Shown here: piece by piece, positions 20,083-29,000 of the stretch
Numbering within the stretch: position 1 is the first letter of the stretch
Layout of the letters: each line of letters starts with the position of its first letter
Assembly: GCA_963821525.1 (NCBI GenBank)
Contig: CAWGED010000008.1
Coordinates: 64,001-128,000, forward strand
Direction: 5' to 3'
DNA length: 64,000 nt
From: an uncultured Gemmatimonadales bacterium
Lineage (GTDB): Bacteria; Gemmatimonadota; Gemmatimonadetes; Gemmatimonadales; GWC2-71-9
Program-made: the position numbers and the translations under genes
The notes under the pieces: generated by a model
Databases searched by the model: none
The model's input: the letters and a program-made list of their open reading frames with translations, nothing else
What the model was told of the DNA's origin: nothing

Positions 20083-20856
20083 AGCCCGCTTCCGGAGACG
20101 AATGCTCCCGTTGACGGTTTCGATACTGAGGTCTCTTCCTCCCTGCCCTACCCGCCCCCGGAGGTTCTGGGGCGTCACCTTGCCGCTGATAGTGATGGGG
20201 AAATCGCTGTCGATGCTCCCATTCACGGTCTTCACATCCAGTTCGGTGTTGAGGTCCCCGGGGAAAGTGAGCGTCACGGAGCCGTTCACGGTGTTGAATT
20301 CGAGCTCGTTGGCCCAGTCACTGCGGCCCATGGTCGCCACGATCGAGCCGTTGACTGTTGACGCTTCCACTACACCGCTCGCCGTTACCCGCACGTCCCC
20401 ATTCACCGTGTATCCCTCGGCGTCCGCCGCGATCGATTCGGCATTGACCGAGCCGTTGACCGAACGGCCCACGAACCGAACGCCCTTCGGTACCGTGACA
20501 TCGAAGTCCACTTCGGTGTCGTTGTTGTCGTTGTCATTGTGACCATGAGACCCCTGTGTGCAGTCGTTCGCCGGTTTGTTCTTCCGGGATGGGTAGACCG
20601 CACAGATCGTGACGCCGTCTTCGTGCTCCACCACCCGGATCTCCACCTCGTCCGGATTGCTCTTGCGCGCGCTCTTTCGCGCCGTCACCGTCACGTCGCT
20701 TCCGGACCCCCCGGAGGCATGGACGTCACCATTGATGTTCTTGATCTCGATGGTTTTCCCCGCCGCGAGCTTGCCCTGCCACTTGAATGGCTCCTGGGCA
20801 TGGAGCGCGGGGACCAAGCCCGCTACCAATAGCGCGGCGACTGTGATGCGGGTCAT
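20080..20856 (-). CDS. DUF4097 beta-strand repeat protein (exported)
   Basis: Signal peptide; repeated TVNGS(I/V) units; DFDVTVP; ends IETVNGSIRLRK. Confidence 0.88.
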   Translation of the reverse strand: MTRITVAALLVAGLVPALHAQEPFKWQGKLAAGKTIEIKNINGDVHASGGSGSDVTVTARKSARKSNPDEVEIRVVEHEDGVTICAVYPSRKNKPANDCTQGSHGHNDNDNNDTEVDFDVTVPKGVRFVGRSVNGSVNAESIAADAEGYTVNGDVRVTASGVVEASTVNGSIVATMGRSDWANELEFNTVNGSVTLTFPGDLNTELDVKTVNGSIDSDFPITISGKVTPQNLRGRVGQGGRDLSIETVNGSIRLRKRA

Positions 20857-20901
20857 GATGCACTCCAGAGTTGTGGATTTGTCATCGGTCGCAACTGCTC
20901 C

Positions 20902-21753
20902 TCAGCGGACCGTCCCGCCCTTTCGGAGACTCACGGTGCCATCGAACGACTCGATCTCGAGGCGCGCGCTGCCGTTCCCCATGGTGAAGTTCATGCGCTT
21001 CCCGGGTGTGATACCACTCAGGGTGATCGGGAAGTCTGATTCCATGTTCCCACTGTAGGTCGACACCGAAACGCTTGCGTTGATCACCGGTGTCGTCACG
21101 GTGACGTCACCGTCGTGCGAGACCAGGCGATACCGTCCCCCATCCTTAATAGGACCGCGGAAGCTGATCTCGCCGTCCACCGATTGGGCCTCCACCGACG
21201 GGGAGTCCACCCCGTCCATGGTGATGGTGCCGTCCACTGCCTGGGCCCGGATCTCCCCGGCCACGTTGGTCATCCGGATCTCGCCGTCGACCGAGTTGAG
21301 CTCCATCCTGCCGCGCGCTCCGCTCAGCGTGATTGAGCCGTCCACCGACCGGAGGGAGATGAGTCCGCCTCCTCCGCTGACGCGGATCTCGCCTTCGACT
21401 GTTTCAACTGTGATCTCTCCCTTGGTCCCGTCAATCGTGACGTCACCGCTCTGGCCGCTGATCGAAAGGTTGATATCGGCGGGCACGGTCAGATGATAGT
21501 CCACGGTCTCGGGGCCGTACCGTCCGGAGCTGCGGATCGAGACACTGCTACCGGACACATCGATGTCCACGTCTCCCTCGTCGTCTTCGGGATCGGCCTG
21601 GACCCGTACCGCACTCTTGGCCCAGACGCCGATCGTCACCGACCCCTCGAAGTTGTTGAGATCGAGTCGGGAGCCCGGTCGCACCGTGACGGTGGTGTCG
21701 ATCTGCTGGACGGCAGTCGCCACGATGAGAGCGGACGCGAGAAATGCGAACAT
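20902..21753 (-). CDS. DUF4097 beta-strand repeat protein (exported)
   Basis: Signal peptide; repeated SVDG(S/E)I units; DYHLTVP; ends IESFDGTVSLRK. Confidence 0.88.
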   Translation of the reverse strand: MFAFLASALIVATAVQQIDTTVTVRPGSRLDLNNFEGSVTIGVWAKSAVRVQADPEDDEGDVDIDVSGSSVSIRSSGRYGPETVDYHLTVPADINLSISGQSGDVTIDGTKGEITVETVEGEIRVSGGGGLISLRSVDGSITLSGARGRMELNSVDGEIRMTNVAGEIRAQAVDGTITMDGVDSPSVEAQSVDGEISFRGPIKDGGRYRLVSHDGDVTVTTPVINASVSVSTYSGNMESDFPITLSGITPGKRMNFTMGNGSARLEIESFDGTVSLRKGGTVR

Positions 21754-21773
21754 GGATACGAGTCCTTTCGAGA

Positions 21774-22418
21774 TCAGCTCTTTCGCGCAGCCAGGAGGGC
21801 GGCGCGCTGGAGCAATTCCACTTTTTGCAGCTGGGTTTCCGCCAGATGGCCGTGCAGGTACGGATTCTTGGGGTCGGCGGCCAGCGCCTGCTGCGCTTCG
21901 CCGATCGCCTTGTCGATCAGTGCGAGTTTCGACTCCAGCACCCGCACGGTGGTCGAGTCGAGTTTGCCACGGTTCTCGGCCAGGACCTGCTGCAGCTCGG
22001 TCACCGCGGCGTCGTAGCCTTTCCGGGTCACATGCGCCGCGGGAATTACTGTCGGACTAGCGCCTTGTGACGGTTCAGCGGCGTGGCCGTGCATGAACCA
22101 GGCAACTCCGCCCGCCGACAGGAGCATCAGGGCGATCGCCGCGGCGAGGAGCTGGGGAACCGTGAAGACGACACGCCGGGCCCGCTTGATCGGACGCACC
22201 ACCTCGCCCTCACCGATGAAGGCGGCGATGCCTGGCCAGAGGTCGCCCGCGGGGGGCCGGTCGTTCAGCGCCTGGACCCGGGCCACCACGCCGCGCAGAT
22301 CAGCCAGCGTGTTGGCGCACTCCTCACAGTCGGCGAGGTGACGTTCGACCTCTTCCCGCTCCGAGGGAGACAGACTGCCGTCGATGTAGTCCGACAGCCG
22401 TTCAGTGAGATGGGTCAT
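21774..22418 (-). CDS. Zinc-finger (zf-HC2) anti-sigma factor, single TM
   Basis: LSDYIDGSL...HLADCEEC (HxxxCxxC); TM LLAAAIALMLLSAGGVAWF; overlaps the ECF stop. Confidence 0.9.
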   Translation of the reverse strand: MTHLTERLSDYIDGSLSPSEREEVERHLADCEECANTLADLRGVVARVQALNDRPPAGDLWPGIAAFIGEGEVVRPIKRARRVVFTVPQLLAAAIALMLLSAGGVAWFMHGHAAEPSQGASPTVIPAAHVTRKGYDAAVTELQQVLAENRGKLDSTTVRVLESKLALIDKAIGEAQQALAADPKNPYLHGHLAETQLQKVELLQRAALLAARKS

Positions 22419-23011
22419 GGGTTCTCTCTCCCGCCCGGGCCGTGCCCGAGCATGTGACGCAGCGCCATACGCGCGTGGTGCAACTGGGACTTCGACGTTC
22501 CGCTCGTGATGTTCAGCATCCCGGCGATTTCCTCGTGCCGGTATCCTTCGATGTCGTGAAGCACCAGGACCTTCCTGGCTCCTTCAGGGAGTCGCTGGAT
22601 GGCGCCTTCGACATCGAGTGTGAAGCCGGCCGGCAGATTTCGGCCGGGCATCCGCTCCAGCGACTCCGGATCATCGGTGTGACGTTGCCGTTTGATCCCC
22701 AGTGCCTCGCGCCGGGTCAGGATCAGGTTCAGAGCGAGGCGGTGCAGCCAGGTGCCGAAAGCCGAATCACCGCGAAACGTGCCGAGCTTCTGCCAGGTCC
22801 TGATGAAGATCTCCTGCGTCACATCCTCCGCATCGTCGCCGATCATCCGCCGCACGAGGGAGTGAATCCGTCCCAGATGGCGGCGGTACAACCGCTCGAA
22901 GGCATGAGAGTCTCCAGCCGCGGCCAAAGTGGCATCCACGGCATCTCCGTCAATCGCGTCGCTCTGAGTCGTGGAGCGCAGAGGCACAGTTCCGGATTGG
23001 GTGACTTGCAT
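22415..23011 (-). CDS. ECF RNA polymerase sigma factor
   Basis: [81 protein letters not shown] 23011 chosen as start. Confidence 0.93.
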   Translation of the reverse strand: MQVTQSGTVPLRSTTQSDAIDGDAVDATLAAAGDSHAFERLYRRHLGRIHSLVRRMIGDDAEDVTQEIFIRTWQKLGTFRGDSAFGTWLHRLALNLILTRREALGIKRQRHTDDPESLERMPGRNLPAGFTLDVEGAIQRLPEGARKVLVLHDIEGYRHEEIAGMLNITSGTSKSQLHHARMALRHMLGHGPGGRENP

Positions 23012-23192
23012 GCGGGGATTTGGACAGGCAACCCGCGTCAATGGTTGGAAAAGTGTCTCCAAATCCCTCTGGTGGCGAGATCTACACCTGTCGGACTCAA
23101 CCCGGTGCGCTAGTTTGGGGCAGTCATTCGTAAACCTCCCGTCCTCCACCGGCATCTCAACCAACGATGATGACCCTACGCCGTTCGAGGCC

Positions 23193-23709
23193 GTGAATCA
23201 GACGGTCCGCCGAGCCCAGGAGGGAGATGCCGACGCGTTCCGGATGTTGTATGAGGAACACGGTGGTCGTGTCTTCGCCCTCTGTCTCAGGCTGTCCGGT
23301 GATCGCGCCGAGGCGGAGGAATTGACCCAGGATGTTTTCGTGCGGGTGTGGGAGCGGCTGGAGACATTCCGCGGCGACAGCGCCTTCTCCACCTGGTTGC
23401 ACCGGCTGGCGATCAACGAAGTGCTGGGGGAGAAACGGAAGGCATCCCGGCGATCCCGCCGGGTGGTTTCCACCGACCAGCCCGAATTGCTGGAGCGGCC
23501 TCGCGGGGACTCAGGGTGAGACGGAAAACTGGGATCTCTCGAACGCGATCGCGCGGCTGCCGCAGGGGGCCCGGGTTGTTTTCGTGCTGCACGATATCGA
23601 AGGATATCAGCACGAGGAGATCGCATCTATGACAGGGATTGCGGAAGGCACCTCGAAGGCTCAGCTGCACCGGGCACGCAGACTCTTGCGGGAGAAACTG
23701 AAACCATGA
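23193..23709 (+). CDS. ECF RNA polymerase sigma factor; frameshift near 23515; start uncertain
   Basis: Region 2 [35 protein letters not shown] is in ORF 22971..23519; region 4 [34 protein letters not shown] is in ORF 23332..23709. Confidence 0.9.
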
Positions 23710-24329
23710 CATGCGACGAAGCAGTCGCCCTGCTGGATGACTACGCGGACGGGCTGCTTACGCCGGAACGGACGGCGGCGCTGGAAGCGCACCTGGAAAG
23801 ATGCCCACGACTGCCGGGCCGAACTCGAGAGTCTCCAGGCGTTGCTGGCAGACGCGAAGGCCTCCCCAGGTCCATCACGCCGCCGCCGGGGACCTGGGCC
23901 GCAATCCAGCAAGGCATCGAGAGCAGGACACGACCGGACGTCGTCCCGCTTGCGGCGCACCGGTCGCGGATACGCATAGCCTGGCTCGTGGCGGCCGCGG
24001 TCGTCCTGATGGTTCTCTCTTCGGCAGTCACCTCATTGTGGATCAAGCGAGGTGGCGAGGGACAGGGCTTCGCGGCATCTCAAGCCGAGTATGCTCAGGC
24101 GACCGCGGAGCTTGCCCAGAAGATCGAGAAGAACCCCGCCGGCCTTTCTCCCCGAACTCTCGCCATCCTGGATCGCAATCTGGCGATCATGGATGCGGCG
24201 ATTCGAGAAGCCGAGCAAGCACTCAAAACCGACCCTGGCGACTCAACCCTGGAGGAGATGCTGCTGGCGCGGTATCAGCAGCGCCTCGAGCTGTTGCAGC
24301 GTGCTGCTCGAGCGGGGCAGGAAAGCTGA
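23706..24329 (+). CDS. zf-HC2 anti-sigma factor (two compensating indels, about 23805 and 23862)
   Basis: [18 protein letters not shown]...HLERC, then [18 protein letters not shown] in the alternative frame (restoring HxxxCxxC), then [23 protein letters not shown]-terminus resembles the 21774 paralog. Confidence 0.88.
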   Translation: MTCDEAVALLDDYADGLLTPERTAALEAHLERCPRLPGRTRESPGVAGRREGLPRSITPPPGTWAAIQQGIESRTRPDVVPLAAHRSRIRIAWLVAAAVVLMVLSSAVTSLWIKRGGEGQGFAASQAEYAQATAELAQKIEKNPAGLSPRTLAILDRNLAIMDAAIREAEQALKTDPGDSTLEEMLLARYQQRLELLQRAARAGQES

Positions 24330-24330
24330 A

Positions 24331-25206
24331 ATGAGACACCACGCGAGCGGTCTGGTACTGCTTCTCCCGATGCTCCTGTCCGGGAGTCCCGCGGCCGCCC
24401 AAGGAGACATCGCGGCGCGACGCCCGGCCCGGCCCGATGTGGCGCTGAGGATCTATTGCCCGAGCGGCACGCTTCGGGTCACCGGATGGACCAAGGACTC
24501 GGTGGCGGTGAGCGGGTACCTGGATCCCTCGCTCGGCCGCTTCTTCATCGGCGGAACCGGAGAGGGAATGAAGCTCGGCATCGAAACACCGGAGACCGAT
24601 GCCACGGGTACCGCCGTCCTGGACGTCAGCGTTCCGCGAGGGGCCCGGATCTGGATAAAGACTGCCAATGCTGATGTGGAAGTGAACGCCGTCGCGGGAA
24701 CGGTGGACGTGTTCACGGTGAGCGGTCATACCCGGGTCGCCGGGTCGCCTTCGGTCGTGACGGCAGAATCGCTGGACGGGAATATCGAGCTGGCGGTCGA
24801 ATCTCCCAGCGCCAGAGCCCGCACCGGAAGCGGGGTGATCGTCTTTCGGGGAGTCATCAGCGAGGCGAGTGCGTCGAGCGTCAGTGGCCCCCTGTTCATC
24901 GGCATGGAGGGCAAGATCTCGCGTGCCCGCTTCGAGACCGTCTCCGGAGAAATCGCCTTCAAGGGCGACTTGGATCCAGATGGCACACTCGAGGCGGAAA
25001 GCCACAGTGGAAACATCGAGTTGCGCCTCCCCGAGAAACTGGGCGCCACCTACTCCCTCGCCGGTTATGCCGGCCAACTCAGCACCGAGTTCCCGGGCAT
25101 TCCTCCCGCGCCGGCCAAGGGAGAATGGCGCTTCACCGTCGGCTCGGGGCAGGCGTCCGTAACGGTGCGGACGTTTAAGGGGAAGGTGGAGCTGAAAAAG
25201 AAGTAG
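24331..25206 (+). CDS. DUF4097 beta-strand repeat protein (exported)
   Basis: ATG 24331; signal peptide; LDVSVP; (T/S)VSG repeats; ends VRTFKGKVELKKK. Confidence 0.85.
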   Translation: MRHHASGLVLLLPMLLSGSPAAAQGDIAARRPARPDVALRIYCPSGTLRVTGWTKDSVAVSGYLDPSLGRFFIGGTGEGMKLGIETPETDATGTAVLDVSVPRGARIWIKTANADVEVNAVAGTVDVFTVSGHTRVAGSPSVVTAESLDGNIELAVESPSARARTGSGVIVFRGVISEASASSVSGPLFIGMEGKISRARFETVSGEIAFKGDLDPDGTLEAESHSGNIELRLPEKLGATYSLAGYAGQLSTEFPGIPPAPAKGEWRFTVGSGQASVTVRTFKGKVELKKK

Positions 25207-25207
25207 G

Positions 25208-25274
25208 GAGTACCTAGTATCGAGTACCGAGTACCGAGTACCGAGTAACCGAGTACCGAGTACCGAGTACCGAG
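25208..25274. repeat. Heptamer tandem array (AGTACCG, about 9 units)
   Basis: agtacct agtatcg agtaccg x3 agtaaccg agtaccg x3 immediately after the stop codon. Confidence 0.92.
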
Positions 25275-25367
25275 AGGTTTAAACCCGAACGAGATGGCAA
25301 GCATCTCACTCCATGGAAGCGGAGATCCCTTTCTCCGGCACCCGTCCCGTTCCCGTTGGAGGTTCCT

Positions 25368-25946
25368 ATGTTCCGCCCTCTCTTTGCTGCCGCTGCACTT
25401 ACGATCTGTGCCGCCACTCCCGCCTTTGCCGGACCACCGTGGATTTCACTGGAGACTCCGGCCAATCCCTACAACGAGACCACCCGCGGGGCCTTTGCCC
25501 TGGTACGGGTCTACCATCATGGTGATGCGGCCTACTTTCCCGTGAGCGGGACAGCAGAAGGCTTGGTCAATGGAGTCCGGCAATCGGTGGATCTCCAGCT
25601 GGCCTCGACCTCGATTCCCGGGGTGTTCGCGCTCCGCTACGAGCCGAAGAAGGAAGGTGCCTGGCTTCTGGTGATCAGGACCGGCCAGAAGAACAGTGGT
25701 GAGATGGGGCAGGCCACGATGGTAGTGTCGGTCCGGAATGGCGAGCTGAGTTCAGCGCAGGTACCTACCAAGCAGAGTAACGGGTACCTGGTTCCTGATG
25801 CAGTCACCCCCGCCCAGGTTGATGCGATGCTGCGGCAGCAGCTGGCCGCGGAAGATTCGCAGCACGGTTCACCGGCTTCACCGTTTGCCCTCGCCGGACT
25901 TGCGCTGTTTCCTCTCGGGCTGCTGGTGACGATGCGGCGCCGTTGA
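25368..25946 (+). CDS. Exported hypothetical protein with C-terminal membrane anchor
   Basis: GGAGG RBS, ATG 25368; signal peptide ending AFA; C-terminus FALAGLALFPLGLLVTMRRR. Confidence 0.85.
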   Translation: MFRPLFAAAALTICAATPAFAGPPWISLETPANPYNETTRGAFALVRVYHHGDAAYFPVSGTAEGLVNGVRQSVDLQLASTSIPGVFALRYEPKKEGAWLLVIRTGQKNSGEMGQATMVVSVRNGELSSAQVPTKQSNGYLVPDAVTPAQVDAMLRQQLAAEDSQHGSPASPFALAGLALFPLGLLVTMRRR

Positions 25947-25960
25947 GGCCGGACCACAGC

Positions 25961-25983
25961 AGGGGCGCTCGCGCCCCTTCTTG
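25961..25983 (+). terminator. Probable intrinsic terminator
   Basis: AGGGGCG-ctcg-CGCCCCT followed by TCTT. Confidence 0.5.
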
Positions 25984-26035
25984 ACATCCTTTCATTTGAT
26001 GTACCAATTGGGGCCACGAATTCCCTGGCCCCAAT

Positions 26036-29000
26036 TTGATTCCTTCGAAGGACGCCCTACGCTGGCGGTGGAACTGCTACTTGCCCGGCCCAGCGCTTCG
26101 CTTGGCCGGGATTCTGGGGCTGGTCCTCGCGGGCATTACCTGCAACGAGAACGTCACTGCACCGAACCGGCCCGGCCCCGGCATCCTGCGAGCCGTGGGA
26201 GTCTTGCCGGCAAACACCGCGGCTGCCGGGCTGGTGTTTGACAACGTACATCTGGTCGTCGTCAGGCCATCGCGACCCAGCCCCGCGGTGCTGGACAAGA
26301 CGTACAACTTCCCTGCCGACAGCTCTCAGCTCAACATCAGCGAACAACTGCTCCTCCAGGCCACCAGCGAAGATTTCGACGTAACGCTGGAGTATCGCAG
26401 CGGGAACGTCGTGCTGTTCAGCGGGACCAGCCGGGTGACGGTGCATCAGGGGCCGCCCGGCTCCGATCCGCCCGCCGTGATCAACGTGACACTGCAGGTG
26501 GGCACCAACGTCGCGGCCATCACCGTGGCACCCAAGACCTCAAGTGTGCCCTTCGGTGGGATCGTGACGTTGTCGGCCACGGCGCAGGACGCCCAGGGCG
26601 CTCCGGTCACTCAGTTCTACGTCGGATGGTCCAGCAGTGACCCGCAGCAGCCGGTGGATGCTGCTGGCGTGTTCACGGCGGGGAATCAGCGCGATACTGT
26701 CACCATCACCGCCAAGGCGTTGACCGCGACCGGGTCCGTCACGGACCAGGCCACCATCGTTGTCATACCGGCCCCAGCGGCGGTGATGGTGACCAACGGA
26801 AACGGCCAATCGGCGCCCGCCGGCATCAGACTGCCTCGACCTCTCGAAGTAGAGGTTCGCGGCAGCGACAACCTGCCAATCCCCGGCGTCACCGTGACCT
26901 TCGCCGTGACGAGCGGCGGCGGAACTCTGGACAGCACCACGACAACCACCGACGCGCAGGGCCGGGCCCGCACCGGTGCCACCCTCGGTGCATCGGTCAG
27001 CCAACAGACCTTCACCGCCACCGTCGCCGGAATCACGCCGGCCACCTTCACCGAGACGGCTACGGGAATCGTGCCGGTGCCGGTGTTGCTGTCGGTGGGT
27101 GGGGATCACAGCTGCGAAATCCGGGGCGGGGGAAGTGCCTTCTGCTGGGGGTCGAATGGCTCGGGCGAGCTGGGCGACGGGACCACGATCGATCGCGCCG
27201 TTGCGACTCCTGTGGTGACGGGTCAGTCGTTCACCTCCCTCGCCCTGGGCGACAGCCACAGCTGCGCCCTCACTGGAAGCGGCCAGGCGTTCTGCTGGGG
27301 CGATAACAGCAGCGGCGCGCTGGGAGACGGAACCACCACGAATCGCTCCGCGCCAACCGCCGTCGCGGGAGGACGCACCTTCATCGTTCTGACCGCAGGG
27401 GATCGATTCACCTGCGGCCTGACAGCGGCGGGGCAGGCCTTCTGTTGGGGCAGGAACAACCTGGGCCAATTGGGGGATGGCACCGTTACTCAACGCAGCG
27501 CGCCTACCGCCGTATCGGGTGGATTGATCTTTTCCGCTATCGGAGCCGGCGGCAGTCACGCCTGCGCTCTTACGGCAGCCGGCGCGGCTCATTGCTGGGG
27601 ACTCAACCTCAATGGCCAGCTGGGTGACGGCACGACCACGGACCGTCAGGTGCCGACCGCCGTTCTGGGAGGGATCACTTTCGGCGCAGTTGCTCCCGCC
27701 GACCGCAGCACCTGCGCACTCGATTCCAGCGGGGCGGGATACTGCTGGGGATTCAACTTCGGCGCCAGCATCACCACGCCGCAGCCAACCAACGACGGCA
27801 GGACCTACGTCTCCGCGGATATGGGCGGAGATCACGTGTGCGCCCTGCTCGCCTCAGGCGCCGCCTTCTGCGGCGGGCGCAACGCCAACGGCCAGCTGGG
27901 TGACGGCACCACCACCGACCAGCCGATTTCCGTGGCGGTCCTCGGCGGTAACACCTACACGGCGATCGCCGGCGGCACAGCTCACACCTGCGGTCTGACC
28001 GCGACGGGTCCTCTGTGCTGGGGCGCTAACAACGCCGGCCAGTTGGGCGATGGAACGACGGCCCAGCGACTCACTCCGGCACCGGTACTCGGACCGCCGG
28101 CGAGCGTCACCGTAAGCGGGGGAGACAATCAGACCGCCGGGCCCGACAGTCCGGTCGCCATCCCGCCCTCGGTGCTGGTCCTCGATGGGCAGAGTAATCC
28201 GCTGCCCGGAGTGCAGGTGGACTTCACTGTTACGAGTGGCGGCGGCGGTGTGTCGGGCGGATCGACCTTCACTGACGCGGCGGGGATCGCGACGGCGGGA
28301 AGCTGGTTCATGGGACCCGGCCAAGGCCCAAACACGCTGCTCGCGACGGTGGGAGCCTCCGGAGTAACCGGGAATCCCATCACCTTCCACGCCACGGCCT
28401 CGACCGGCGCACCGGCGACCACGTGGACCGGTGTCACCAGCACCAACTGGTCAACGGCCACGAACTGGACTCCGGCCCAGGTTCCGACGACTGCGGAAGA
28501 CGTCGTGATTCCGGCGGGCACCCCCAACAGCCCGCAGCTCACCGCGAGTGGCTCGGCCAAGTCGCTGACGGTGAACAGCGGTGCCACGCTCGACCTGAAC
28601 GGGATCAATTTTCAGGCAGCGGGCAACGTCTTCGCGGACGGTTCAATCATCGGAACCAGCGCAGTCGCGATCGCTACCGCGGCGCAGATCCGCGGAAACC
28701 TCCCCAGCCTGATCCTGAGCGGGCCGGTCGTAGCAGCGGGAGTCATCAGCGCGAGCGGCAGCCTCACCGTAACGGGGCCAGTCGGCAACTTCGACGTGAA
28801 CGGCCAGACGGTGCTCATCGCCGGCAACCTGACCATTCAGGCCAGCGCGCTACTCACGATGACCAACCCGGCCGATCTGGTTCAGGTGACCGGCAACGGG
28901 GCCTTTGGCGGTGGAGATGAGGCCGGGCTGCTCACAGCCGGTGTGCTGCAGGTTCTGGGGGACTTCTCCCAGACCTCGGGTAGCGATCCGACCAGCTTCC

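Noticed and set aside
25208..25274. Tandem arrays (here and at 56388-57167) as CRISPR arrays
   Set aside because: Units are 7-10 nt with no unique spacers between them, and no cas genes are present.
27085..28090. Repeated GGCGACGG.ACCAC DNA motifs as a DGR or repeat element
   Set aside because: They are the coding repeats of the RCC1 blades; there is no reverse transcriptase or adenine-specific TR/VR pair.
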